Positions 26,288 through 35,723 of a DNA stretch of 62,105 nt are shown in pieces. The position numbers and the translations under genes are program-made. The notes below the pieces were generated by a model. That model was given only the letters and a program-made list of their open reading frames with translations. It was not told where the DNA came from and did no database searches. The first letter of the stretch is position 1. Every line of letters starts with the position of its first letter. Origin of the DNA: Candidatus Pacearchaeota archaeon (lineage in GTDB: Archaea > Nanobdellota > Nanobdellia > Pacearchaeales > UBA284); contig JAVZYK010000001.1 of assembly GCA_038886195.1 (NCBI GenBank), forward strand, positions 5,356 to 67,460, read 5' to 3'.

Positions 26288-28096
26288 ATGGAATTAAACG
26301 CAAAAAGAGGCTTGCTTTTTGGAAATGAAGCGATAGTTCGTGGTGCTTTGGAAGCAGGCGTTGCTTTTGCTTCGAGCTATCCTGGAACTCCTGCTAGCGA
26401 AATAGGCGAGAGTTTTGCTAAAATTGCCAAAGAAGCAGGAATTTATTTTGAATGGTCAACAAACGAGAAAGTTGCTTTAGAAGCAGCAGCAGGAGCTGCC
26501 TTTTCTGGTGTAAAAGCAATAGTGTCAATGAAACACTATGGTTTGAATGTTGCTCTTGACTCTCTTTTACCTTTAGCTTATCTTTCTTGTCCTCTTGTAG
26601 TTGTTGTAGCAGACGACCCTGGATGTTTTAGTTCTATACAAACAGAACAAGATTTGAGAAATTTTGCATCTCTGGCGAAAATTCCTATTTTTGAACCAAG
26701 CAATCCACAAGAAGCTAAAGATATGACTATAGAAGCATTTAGAATGGCTTGGCAATACAAAATTCCTGTTTTAATGAGGCTCGTTACTAGAGTTTGCTAT
26801 TCTAGAGCGATAGTTAGATTTAATAAAATCATTAAACCCAAAACCGTTGGAAAATTCATAAAAAAAGATTTTGATGTTAGTTGTGATGTAACTGTTGATT
26901 TACATAAAAAATTATTAGAGAAATTAGAAAAAATAAAAAAAGAAATAGAGAAGTCTAAATTTAATTTTATTGAAAAAGGTCAAGGAAAAGTTGGCATTAT
27001 AACTTCTGGCGCAGCTTATAACTATGTTAAAGAAGCTTTAGAAAAGCTTGAGCTTAAATTACCTTTATTGAAGTTAGGAGCTATATGGCCTTTTCCTTCT
27101 GAAAATGTTAAAAATTTCTTAGAAGATTTGAATGAATTAGTAATAGTAGAAGAACTTGATCCTTTTATTGAAAATGAAATTAAAAAGCTAAAAAAAATTA
27201 AAATTTATGGTAAAGCATTTTTTCCTGAATGTGGCGAATTGAAACCAGAACAAGTTTTAATTGGCTTGGCTAAGATTTTCAAAAAGCCATTAGAAAAAGA
27301 AATAGTTGTTCCGTTTTTTTCAGTTAAGCCAAGATTGCCTTTCTTATGTCCTGGCTGTCCTCATAGGGCTACTTTTTATGCCATTGCCAAAACTTTAGGC
27401 AAACAGCACGTTTTTGGTGGCGACATTGGTTGTTATTTGCTTGCTGCAAAGCAGCCTTTCAAAATGTCTGATTATATTGTAAGTATGGGTGCTGGTGTTG
27501 GCATTTCTCATGGCATTTCTAAAGCTACGACAGAGAAACCGATTGTCTTTATAGGTGACAGCACTTTTTTTCATGCAGGCATGCCAGCTTTAGTAAATTT
27601 AGTTCATAATAAAGCCAATGTTTTGGTTGTAATTCTTGATAATAGATGGACTGCAATGACAGGACATCAACCAAATCCAACTACTGGTTTAACAGCATTA
27701 GGAGATGAAACCAAAATTATAGACATAGAACAAATAGCCAAAGCATGCAAAGTTGATTGGGTTAAAACTTCAAATGTTTATAATTTTAACCAATTATGTA
27801 AAGATATTCAAGAAGCTTATGCTGTTAAGGGAGTTTCTGTTATTATTGCAAAAGGCGAGTGTAGATTAATGTTTACAAGACAAATGGCAAGAAAAGGAGT
27901 AAAATTGCCTAAATATGAAATAATAAAACAAAATCCTGAACTAGAAAACTTGAAAGATTTTGATTGTCCTGCAATACAAAAAATAAAAAATAAATGGTGT
28001 ATTGATGAAAATTTGTGTTGGAGCTGCTCTATATGTAAACAACTTTATCCCGGAAATATAGAAATGAAACAGGAGAAAAAGCAAGAGAAAAAATGA
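26288..28096 (+). CDS. iorA: Indolepyruvate-type 2-oxoacid:ferredoxin oxidoreductase alpha subunit
   Basis: GNEAIVRG, YPGTPASE, NEKVALE, CPGCPH, GDIGCY, GDSTFFHAG, TAMTGHQ. Confidence 0.95.
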   Translation: MELNAKRGLLFGNEAIVRGALEAGVAFASSYPGTPASEIGESFAKIAKEAGIYFEWSTNEKVALEAAAGAAFSGVKAIVSMKHYGLNVALDSLLPLAYLSCPLVVVVADDPGCFSSIQTEQDLRNFASLAKIPIFEPSNPQEAKDMTIEAFRMAWQYKIPVLMRLVTRVCYSRAIVRFNKIIKPKTVGKFIKKDFDVSCDVTVDLHKKLLEKLEKIKKEIEKSKFNFIEKGQGKVGIITSGAAYNYVKEALEKLELKLPLLKLGAIWPFPSENVKNFLEDLNELVIVEELDPFIENEIKKLKKIKIYGKAFFPECGELKPEQVLIGLAKIFKKPLEKEIVVPFFSVKPRLPFLCPGCPHRATFYAIAKTLGKQHVFGGDIGCYLLAAKQPFKMSDYIVSMGAGVGISHGISKATTEKPIVFIGDSTFFHAGMPALVNLVHNKANVLVVILDNRWTAMTGHQPNPTTGLTALGDETKIIDIEQIAKACKVDWVKTSNVYNFNQLCKDIQEAYAVKGVSVIIAKGECRLMFTRQMARKGVKLPKYEIIKQNPELENLKDFDCPAIQKIKNKWCIDENLCWSCSICKQLYPGNIEMKQEKKQEKK

Positions 28097-28665
28097 AAAA
28101 AGAGAAAAAAGAATTTAATTTAATAGTGGCAGGTTATGGAGGCCAAGGAATATTGACTATAGCAGAAATTGTAGCCATGGCTGCTTTCAAGCAAGGCTGT
28201 GATGTAAAACAATCAGAATTGCATGGTTTGGCTCAGAGAGGCGGTGCTTTAGATTGTCATGTTCGTTTTGGTAAAAAAATATATTCGCCATTAGTTATGA
28301 AAGGAAGTGCAGATTTAATTATCGCTTTAGAAGCTTTAGAAGCCTTGCGTGCTTGTTATTGGGCAAATTCTAGCACTGTTATAATTTTAAATTCTAAAAC
28401 ATTCCGTTCTTATTTGACATTTAAAGAAATTTTAACTAAAATAAAAAAAATAACAAAAAAAGTTTATATTGTAGATGCCGACAACATAGTAAAAAAAGCA
28501 GTCGGAAGCACAACAAGCGCAAATATTTTTCTGCTTGGCTATGCTTTAAAGAAAAAATTCTTGCCTTTGAAAAAAGAAATTGTTTGGCAAGCAATAAAAG
28601 AAAAAATTAGGCCCCAGTTTTTAGAAGAAAACAAAAAAGTTTTTGATATTGCTTTTAAAAAATGA
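28093..28665 (+). CDS. iorB: Indolepyruvate oxidoreductase beta subunit
   Basis: GYGGQGIL, ELHGLAQRGG, EALEALR; ATGA overlap with iorA. Confidence 0.93.
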   Translation: MKKEKKEFNLIVAGYGGQGILTIAEIVAMAAFKQGCDVKQSELHGLAQRGGALDCHVRFGKKIYSPLVMKGSADLIIALEALEALRACYWANSSTVIILNSKTFRSYLTFKEILTKIKKITKKVYIVDADNIVKKAVGSTTSANIFLLGYALKKKFLPLKKEIVWQAIKEKIRPQFLEENKKVFDIAFKK

Positions 28666-29489
28666 TTGAAAATATTATAGCAAGAGCGCAAGAAATAAAC
28701 AAAAGAAAAAAAGTTAGAATACTTTTTCTCGAAATGCAAGATAAAAGAGTAAGGGAAGCTGTAAAAATAATAAAAAACAAAAAAATAGCAGAAGTAAGAA
28801 TTCTTGAAGGAAAGGATATTGAAAAAAAATTAAAAGAAGCGAAAGAGCTTCTTGAAAAGAATAAAGTTGATGCAATAATAACCGGGGCAACACACTCGAG
28901 CGCTTTAACTTTGATGCTTTCTTTTAATTTTATTAGAAAAGATGTTAGCAGGGTTAGTGGAGCTTTTTTAATGGTGTCGCCAGAAGGAAAGGTTATGCTT
29001 TTTGCTGATTGCGCCGCTCAACCAGATCCAACGGCTGAGCAACTTGCGGAAATTGCAATGTTAAGTGCAGAGACTTTTAAAATTTTAACAAGAAAAGAGC
29101 CAAAAATTGCTTTGTTGTCTTATTCGACAAAAGGTTCAGGCAAAGGCGCAAGTCCAGAAAAAGTAAAAAAAGCTTTTGAAATTTTAAAGAAAAAATTTCC
29201 GAAATTACAAGTAGAGGGCGAGATTCAGGCCGATGCTGCTTTAAATAAAAATGTAGCCAAATTTAAAGGAGCTAAGGTTCTTGATTATAATGTTTTAATT
29301 TTTCCTTGTCTTGACGCAGCAAACATTGGCTATAAACTTGTTGAGAGACTTGCTGGTTGGCATGCGATAGGGCCAATTTTACAAGGATTGGAAAAGCAAG
29401 TTAATGATTTATCTAGAGGTTGTTCTACTGAAGATATTGTTGCTTTGGCTGCGATAACTGTGTTACAAATTGATGGACAAAAGAAATAG
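28662..29489 (+). CDS. pta: Phosphate acetyl/acyltransferase (short form)
   Basis: FADCA, LSYSTKGS, GEIQADAAL, NIGYKL, GPILQG, NDLSRGC. Confidence 0.93.
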   Translation: MIENIIARAQEINKRKKVRILFLEMQDKRVREAVKIIKNKKIAEVRILEGKDIEKKLKEAKELLEKNKVDAIITGATHSSALTLMLSFNFIRKDVSRVSGAFLMVSPEGKVMLFADCAAQPDPTAEQLAEIAMLSAETFKILTRKEPKIALLSYSTKGSGKGASPEKVKKAFEILKKKFPKLQVEGEIQADAALNKNVAKFKGAKVLDYNVLIFPCLDAANIGYKLVERLAGWHAIGPILQGLEKQVNDLSRGCSTEDIVALAAITVLQIDGQKK

Positions 29490-29512
29490 AAAAAAATAAA
29501 AAAGATTAAAAA

Positions 29513-31054
29513 ATGACAAAAGAGGTAAAAGAAAATAGAGAAAAGAAAGTAGCCACGATTAATGAAAGACTTTCTTTAGAGCCTTGTCCTATAGGCTTAC
29601 AAGGCAAATGTTGTAAAAACTGCTTAATGGGTCCTTGTAGAGTCGTGGTTAAAGAACAAAAAGGAGTTTGTGGCGCAAATCAAGATGTTGTTGTTGCAAG
29701 AAATTTATTGAGATTTGTTGCAGCTGGCGCAGCCTGTCATGTTGGTCATGCCTATCATTTGAAGAATTTTCTTGGAAAGGAATATCCTAAAAAATACATA
29801 GAAAAAAAAGCTCCAATTTATTTATACAAATTGTGGCAAGAACTTGGGATTGTGCCAGTGATTCATTTTGAACATTTTAAAGACATAAGCGAAGCTTTGC
29901 ACGCTTCAACAATGGGCGTAGATGCTGATTATACTAGCATTTTAAAAAGAACAATGAGAATGGGGATTGTTGATGGTTATTATGGATTGTATCTTGCTAC
30001 AGAACTAGAAGATGAAACTTATGGAAAGCCTAACATTAAAAAAGGAATGCTTGATCTCGGAGTTATTAAAAAAGATAAAGTTAACATAGCAGTTCATGGT
30101 CACGAGCCTATTCTTGCTCACGCGCTTGCTCAAGAATTAAAGAAAAAAGAAAATAGAGATATTAATTTAATTGGAGTTTGTTGTACTGGTACAAGCGTTT
30201 TAGCTCGTTATGGAATTCCGATGGCTGCCAATTTTGTTTTACAAGAAGAAGTTATTGCTTCTGGCGCAATAGAAGTAATGGTTGTTGATGTTCAATGTAT
30301 TATGCCTAGTCTTGCAGATTTATGTGAATGTTATCATACAAAATTAATTACAACAAACAAATTATGCCACATTCCCGGAGCTTTACATTTGCCTTTTAGA
30401 ACAGAAGAAGAGGCAAAAGAAGTTGCAGAGAAAATAATTAAAATTGCAAGAGAAAATAAATCAAAAAGAAAAGAAGTTGAGATAAAGAATGTAAAAAAAG
30501 AAGCAACAATAGGTTTTCACGAAGATAATTTGCCTCTGAAGGAATGGTCGGAAAAATTGGAAAAAGGAAAAATTAAGGGCATTATCGGAGTTGTTGGCTG
30601 TGTAAATCCTAGAGTTAAAGAAGACTGGATTTCTTGTTACAAAGAATTAAGTAAAGATTATATTATTTTAACTACAGGATGCATGGCTTTTAAATTAGGA
30701 CAAGCTGGCTTGCTAGATGGCAAAAAATTTTTCCATATGGGTTCTTGTGTGAATAATGCCAGAATAGCAGAAGTCTTCAAAAGAATTGCAGAAATGCAAG
30801 GAAAACGGATTACAGACCTGCCTTTCTTAATTTCTTGTCCAATGCCTATAACTGAGAAAGCAATAGCAATAGGCATGTTTTTTGCTGCTCTCGGAGTAGA
30901 TGTTCATTTTGGTTATCCGTTCATGATTTCAAGCGATACTACAATAGCAGAATTTTTAGAAAATGTTTTGCGAGAGAAATTTGAAAGTCGCGTTTTTCTT
31001 GAAACTTCACCATCAAAACTTTTACGAAAGATTAAAGAAGGAAATAAAAAATGA
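29513..31054 (+). CDS. cooS: Ni-containing carbon monoxide dehydrogenase catalytic subunit (CooS-like, shortened)
   Basis: CPIG..GKCCKNCLMGPC..GVCG; HVGHAYH; HGHEP, CCTG, DVQCIMP, VGC, TGC, GSCVN; EKA. Confidence 0.9.
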   Translation: MTKEVKENREKKVATINERLSLEPCPIGLQGKCCKNCLMGPCRVVVKEQKGVCGANQDVVVARNLLRFVAAGAACHVGHAYHLKNFLGKEYPKKYIEKKAPIYLYKLWQELGIVPVIHFEHFKDISEALHASTMGVDADYTSILKRTMRMGIVDGYYGLYLATELEDETYGKPNIKKGMLDLGVIKKDKVNIAVHGHEPILAHALAQELKKKENRDINLIGVCCTGTSVLARYGIPMAANFVLQEEVIASGAIEVMVVDVQCIMPSLADLCECYHTKLITTNKLCHIPGALHLPFRTEEEAKEVAEKIIKIARENKSKRKEVEIKNVKKEATIGFHEDNLPLKEWSEKLEKGKIKGIIGVVGCVNPRVKEDWISCYKELSKDYIILTTGCMAFKLGQAGLLDGKKFFHMGSCVNNARIAEVFKRIAEMQGKRITDLPFLISCPMPITEKAIAIGMFFAALGVDVHFGYPFMISSDTTIAEFLENVLREKFESRVFLETSPSKLLRKIKEGNKK

Positions 31055-32016
31055 AAATCTTAATTTTTAATGTAGGTTCAGAAACTTTAAAATATAGCAT
31101 CTATGAAAATAAAAATTTAATAAAAAAGGAAACCATTTATACTAGAGATTTTAAAATTGTTAAAAAAATTCTTCAAGAAGCAAAACCAGCTTTCATTGTC
31201 CATAGAGTTGTCCACGGCGGTGAAATTAGTAAGCCTTGTTTTATTAATAAAAATATAATAAAAGAAATCGAAAAATACTCAAAGTTTGCACCTTTACACA
31301 ATCCTTATGAACTTGAGGTTATAAAATTATGTAAAAAATATAGTAAAGTTAAACAGATTGCTGTTTTTGACACTTCTTTTTTTGTTGATTTGCCTGAGAA
31401 AGTAAAAATTTATGCTTTACCTATGAAAATTATAAAAAAATATGGCATAAGACGTTATGGTTTTCATGGTTTAAATCACGAGTATATTGCCAAAAAATTT
31501 CCTGATAAAAATATAGTTTCGTGCCATCTCGGAGCCGGCTGTAGTATTGCAGCCATATCTAAAGGAAAAGCTTTAGACATCAGTATGGGAATGACTCCTT
31601 TAGAAGGTTCAATTATGGTTACAAGAACTGGCAGTATTGATCCTGGAATTATTTTATGGCTTGTTGAAGAATTTGGATTGAAAAAAACTAAAGAATTGCT
31701 CAATTTTAAATCAGGACTCTATGGATTGACTGGCTTAAAAGATGTTAAAAAAATTGTTGATACAAGAGGCAAAGAACAAAATGCTTTAGCTTTAGAAGTT
31801 TTTTGTTATAATGTTGCAAAGATAATTTGTTCTTATCAGGCCGCTTTGGGCAATATTGATTTAATTATCTTTAGTGGCGGAATTGGCGAAGCAAATAAAT
31901 GGATTAGAAACAAGATTTGCAATTATTTGCCATTCAAGTTTGCTATAGCTGTTGTTAAAGCAAACGAAGAAGAAATAATGCTTGAAAAAGCGATAGAGTT
32001 AATAAAAACTAGCTAA
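31051..32016 (+). CDS. ackA: Acetate kinase (short form)
   Basis: NVGSETLK, HRVVHGG, APLHN, RYGFHG, HLGAG, SMGMTPLEG, GGIGE, NEE. Confidence 0.95.
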   Translation: MKILIFNVGSETLKYSIYENKNLIKKETIYTRDFKIVKKILQEAKPAFIVHRVVHGGEISKPCFINKNIIKEIEKYSKFAPLHNPYELEVIKLCKKYSKVKQIAVFDTSFFVDLPEKVKIYALPMKIIKKYGIRRYGFHGLNHEYIAKKFPDKNIVSCHLGAGCSIAAISKGKALDISMGMTPLEGSIMVTRTGSIDPGIILWLVEEFGLKKTKELLNFKSGLYGLTGLKDVKKIVDTRGKEQNALALEVFCYNVAKIICSYQAALGNIDLIIFSGGIGEANKWIRNKICNYLPFKFAIAVVKANEEEIMLEKAIELIKTS

Positions 32017-32033
32017 TTTATTTGGCAAGGAAA

Positions 32034-32501
32034 TTATGAATTAAATTTTTCATGAAATTTTTTTTCTAAAGTAAGCATTTGTTTGTGTTTCTTTTCTAAT
32101 TCTTTAGGAATTTTTCTTTTTTGTTTTTTGAAATAATCGTAAATTGCCTCACTTAAAGCTTGTTCTGCGAGTAAAGAACAATGATATTTTATTGGAGGCA
32201 ATTCGCCTAAAACTTTAATTACATCTTTGTTTGTAATTTTTAATGCTTCTTTAATCGTTTTTCCCTTTGCAAGTTCTGTTGCTACGCTTGAAGTTGCGAT
32301 AGCTGCAGGACACCCCAAAGTTTCAAATTTTATATTTTTAATAAATTCTTCACCCTTTTTATTTTTGCCAACTTTGATAAAAATGCGCATTATATCGCCG
32401 CATTGAATATTGCCTACTTTACCAATACCATCTGCGTTTTTAATTTTACCAGCGTTTTTAGGATGCATAAAATATTGCATAACTTTCTTGTTATAAATCA
32501 T
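32034..32501 (-). CDS. iscU: Fe-S scaffold IscU/NifU
   Basis: GNIQCGD, GCPAAIATSS, LPPIKYHCSLLA. Confidence 0.95.
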   Translation of the reverse strand: MIYNKKVMQYFMHPKNAGKIKNADGIGKVGNIQCGDIMRIFIKVGKNKKGEEFIKNIKFETLGCPAAIATSSVATELAKGKTIKEALKITNKDVIKVLGELPPIKYHCSLLAEQALSEAIYDYFKKQKRKIPKELEKKHKQMLTLEKKFHEKFNS

Positions 32502-32513
32502 TTTTTAACTTTC

Positions 32514-33197
32514 TCAAAATTTTTCTATCAATTTTATTATTTTTTTATCAGCAAGATTTTTGAAAATATAATCTGCTTTCTTTTCTTTTAATTGATTTTT
32601 TGTATGATGGCCCGTTAGGACGGCAATGGTTAAAGCTCCCACCGCTTTTCCAGCCTCTACATCATGAATAGAATCGCCTATAACAATTATTTTTTTAAAT
32701 TTCTTTTCTTTTGTTTCTTTATGAGCTTTTTTGACAGCCAATTTTATGAGTTTTATTCTGTTTGTAGTATGTTCGCCCGTAACTATAAAACGGAATTTTT
32801 TAAAAAGATTTGTTCTCTTAAGAATAGTTTTAGCAATTTTTTCAGAATCTCCTGTTAATATTATTAAAAAATTATTTTTGTCTTTGGATAATTTATCGAT
32901 AAGAGTATAAACTCCTGGCAAGATAAATTTTTTAATATCTTTAGGAAGAATCGAAATGAAATTTTTATTGTAATTTTTAATAGCTTTTGATATTTTTTTA
33001 TTTCTTATACTTTTCGGAATTTTCTTTAGTATTGCCAATTCTGTTAGAACTCTTTTGATGGTTTTTCCAACATAGTCTACTTCATCCATTCGCGCTTTGA
33101 CATTAAAGATTTTTTTAAATGTCAGTTCAGTAGCTTTATTGTGAAATGGAAAAACATCTATGAGTGTTTGATCCAAATCAAAAATTATTAGTTTCAT
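32514..33197 (-). CDS. HAD-superfamily hydrolase
   Basis: FDLDQTLID, LTG, IGDSIHDVEAG. Confidence 0.9.
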   Translation of the reverse strand: MKLIIFDLDQTLIDVFPFHNKATELTFKKIFNVKARMDEVDYVGKTIKRVLTELAILKKIPKSIRNKKISKAIKNYNKNFISILPKDIKKFILPGVYTLIDKLSKDKNNFLIILTGDSEKIAKTILKRTNLFKKFRFIVTGEHTTNRIKLIKLAVKKAHKETKEKKFKKIIVIGDSIHDVEAGKAVGALTIAVLTGHHTKNQLKEKKADYIFKNLADKKIIKLIEKF

Positions 33198-33199
33198 TC

Positions 33200-33412
33200 T
33201 TACTTTGCTTTTTTATTTAACTTCTTAAGAAGTTTATTAACATTTATTCCATGAGCTTTACAACCTTGTTCAATTGTTTCTTGCATTGACATCGGACAGC
33301 CAACACACATCATTCCTTCTTCTAATAACATTTTCGAAGCCTCTGGATATTCTTTTAGAAGTTGTGAGAATGTCATCTCTTTTGTTATTTTTTGTTTTTT
33401 TTCTTTTTTCAT
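33200..33412 (-). CDS. DUF1858-type redox/disulfide domain protein
   Basis: ITKEMT..YPE..GMMCVGCP...ETIEQGC..HG. Confidence 0.85.
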   Translation of the reverse strand: MKKEKKQKITKEMTFSQLLKEYPEASKMLLEEGMMCVGCPMSMQETIEQGCKAHGINVNKLLKKLNKKAK

Positions 33413-33414
33413 CT

Positions 33415-34059
33415 TTAAAATTTCCTTTTGCTTTTTATCTTTTTTATAATTGTTTTCAGCGCATAATAGCTGCTTCCAAAAATTATAACTCCCGGTATTA
33501 AAGCAATTCCCATTGTTGGAGCCAGAGCAATTGCACCTATTGTTCCTAAAAAACCCGCGCCTATGCTTTCTAGAATGTTGGCTATTTTAGGAACGTCTTT
33601 TTCTATATCTTTTTGTAAAGCATCTATCTGCATTATGAATTTTCCATTTCTAAATATCTTGACTTTGTGTTCTTCTTCTGAACACAAAATTGCAATATTG
33701 CCTCCCTTAGATGCTGTTATTGCCGCAGCATGCCTTGTTCCAAATCCAACAAAAGGCTTTGTTTTTTTAATCATAGCCCCATAGTTCATTATAATTCCTT
33801 CTTTATTGATTATCACTGCTCCATCAATAGTTGCTATTGCTTGTAATGTTTTTTCTGTACCTGGAGTAAGAACATTAAAAGGTTTAATTTCTTGTTTTAT
33901 TAGTAAAGAATATTCTATTTTTTTTCCTTTATTTATCACGAACAGCGCTCCTTCTCCTTTTTTTGAGATATTTATTGCTATTTTCAAAATTTTTTCTTCT
34001 ATTTCTTTTAATCTTTTATTTGATTTTTTTTCTTTTTGTTTCTTATCTTTTTTCACCAT
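33415..34059 (-). CDS. Diadenylate cyclase (DisA_N/DAC) with C-terminal TM hairpin
   Basis: GALFV, DGAVII, GTRHAAA, SEE; hydrophobic C-terminus. Confidence 0.87.
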   Translation of the reverse strand: MVKKDKKQKEKKSNKRLKEIEEKILKIAINISKKGEGALFVINKGKKIEYSLLIKQEIKPFNVLTPGTEKTLQAIATIDGAVIINKEGIIMNYGAMIKKTKPFVGFGTRHAAAITASKGGNIAILCSEEEHKVKIFRNGKFIMQIDALQKDIEKDVPKIANILESIGAGFLGTIGAIALAPTMGIALIPGVIIFGSSYYALKTIIKKIKSKRKF

Positions 34060-35210
34060 TTTCCTAAAGGGCTTATTTTTCTAAGAGAGTTTATTATATT
34101 TTTTAGTTGTTCTATTGTATAATCTATGTCTTGTTCAGTATTGTCTTTGCCTAAAGTAATTCTAAGCGAGCCGTGTGCTTGTTCGGCTGTTAAGCCGATT
34201 GCTGTTAAAACATGACTTGGCTCTAGAGATTTCGTTGAGCATGCAGAGCCTGTTGAGACGGCTATGCCTTTTTCGTTTAGCCTGATTAAAAGAGCCTCGC
34301 CTTCTACGCCTTTAATACTTACATTAACGTTATTTGGAAGTCTCTGCGTTGGATGGCCATTTAATTGAGATCCTGGAATTTTTAAGATTTCATTAATAAT
34401 CTTGTCGCGCAATTTGGTTTGTCTTTCTGCTTCTTTTTTCATATTTTTTTCTGCGAGTTCTATGGCCTTAGCAAAACCAACTATACCAGGAACATTTTCT
34501 GTTCCAGAACGTAAGCCAGATTCATGGCCACCGCCATGCTGAACAGGTTCAATTTTTACATCTTGATTTATGTAAAGCAAGCCGACGCCTTTAGGACCAT
34601 AAAGTTTATGCGATGATGCCGATAACAAATCAATATTCATTTTCTTAACATCAATAGGAATTTTGCCGAAACTTTGTACAGCATCTGTATGAAAATAAAC
34701 TTTATGTTTTTTACAAATTTTGCCGATTTCTTCTATAGGTTCGATTGTTCCTATTTCATTGTTTGCATGCATGATTGAAACTAAAATTGTATCTTTTGTT
34801 ATGGCTTTCTCAACGTCTGCAGGGTTTACTAGGCCGTATTTGTCGACATTTAAATAAGTCACTTTAAAACCATGTTTCTCGAGCCAATGACAAGGTTCAA
34901 GAATTGCATGATGTTCTATTTTGCTTGTTATGATGTGATTTCCTTTTGATTTATTTGCAAAAGCTACGCCCTTTATTGCCAAATTATTAGATTCAGTACC
35001 GCCACTTGTGAAAATTATTTCATTTGGTCTTGCTCCAAGGAACTTTGCAGCTATTTTTCTTGCTGTTTCTATAGCTGCTCGGGCTTCTTGGCCAAATGAA
35101 TGTAATGAAGAAGCATTGCCAAATTTTTCTGAAAAATAAGGCTTCATTGCTTCGAAAACTTCTTGTGCTAACGGCGTTGTTGCAGCGTGATCAAGATAAA
35201 TTCTTTTCAT
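34053..35210 (-). CDS. iscS: Cysteine desulfurase
   Basis: YLDHAATTP, HTDAVQ, SSHKLYGPKG, STGSAC. Confidence 0.96.
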   Translation of the reverse strand: MKRIYLDHAATTPLAQEVFEAMKPYFSEKFGNASSLHSFGQEARAAIETARKIAAKFLGARPNEIIFTSGGTESNNLAIKGVAFANKSKGNHIITSKIEHHAILEPCHWLEKHGFKVTYLNVDKYGLVNPADVEKAITKDTILVSIMHANNEIGTIEPIEEIGKICKKHKVYFHTDAVQSFGKIPIDVKKMNIDLLSASSHKLYGPKGVGLLYINQDVKIEPVQHGGGHESGLRSGTENVPGIVGFAKAIELAEKNMKKEAERQTKLRDKIINEILKIPGSQLNGHPTQRLPNNVNVSIKGVEGEALLIRLNEKGIAVSTGSACSTKSLEPSHVLTAIGLTAEQAHGSLRITLGKDNTEQDIDYTIEQLKNIINSLRKISPLGKW

Positions 35211-35407
35211 TTTAATGAGCTTCTAGGTTTATAGTATTGACAATTTTTATCATAAGTATCGCACTCTAGACATTTTTGTGTTACTGGACTTTCTTTATTC
35301 CAATAGTTAATTGCATAAAATTTCCATACGCATTTTTCTTCTATTTTTTGGTCGTTTTCTGTTTCTTTTGTTTTTTCTTTGTTTTCTTCAATTTTATTCT
35401 CCAACAT
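35207..35407 (-). CDS. Small Cys-containing hypothetical protein
   Basis: 66 aa with four Cys; ATGA overlap with iscS. Confidence 0.6.
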   Translation of the reverse strand: MLENKIEENKEKTKETENDQKIEEKCVWKFYAINYWNKESPVTQKCLECDTYDKNCQYYKPRSSLK

Positions 35408-35408
35408 T

Positions 35409-35723
35409 TTAAAATTTGCATTCTTTACATCTCTTTTTAAGATCTTGTATGCTTTTCTTCTTATCTACTTTTCCAGCTTTAAATAATTTAATATTTTTTA
35501 TTTTCAAATCACTTTTATGCAAATAGCCGCGTCTTTTCATTTCTTTTACAAGCTCTTCATGTCTTTTTTCTATATTGTGCGTTTCTATAAGGCCCTTGTC
35601 TATATAACCTTTTATGCTTTTATTTTTCTTTAATGATCCAACTAACTGATGTATTTCTTTGTGCTCTCCAAGAAGGTGCTTTCTACACATTTTTCTTGGA
35701 TCAACCATCCACATTCTTGTCAT
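35409..35723 (-). CDS. Pyrimidine dimer DNA glycosylase (T4 endonuclease V-like)
   Basis: MTRMWMVDP..CRKHLLGEHKE ... RHEELVKEMKRRGY.H; start at 35723 couples to the upstream stop. Confidence 0.82.
   Translation of the reverse strand: MTRMWMVDPRKMCRKHLLGEHKEIHQLVGSLKKNKSIKGYIDKGLIETHNIEKRHEELVKEMKRRGYLHKSDLKIKNIKLFKAGKVDKKKSIQDLKKRCKECKF

Noticed and set aside
29513-31054. Hybrid cluster protein instead of CODH
   Set aside because: C-cluster positions are His plus Cys, with D-cluster Cys and the EKA lysine, rather than HCP Glu ligands
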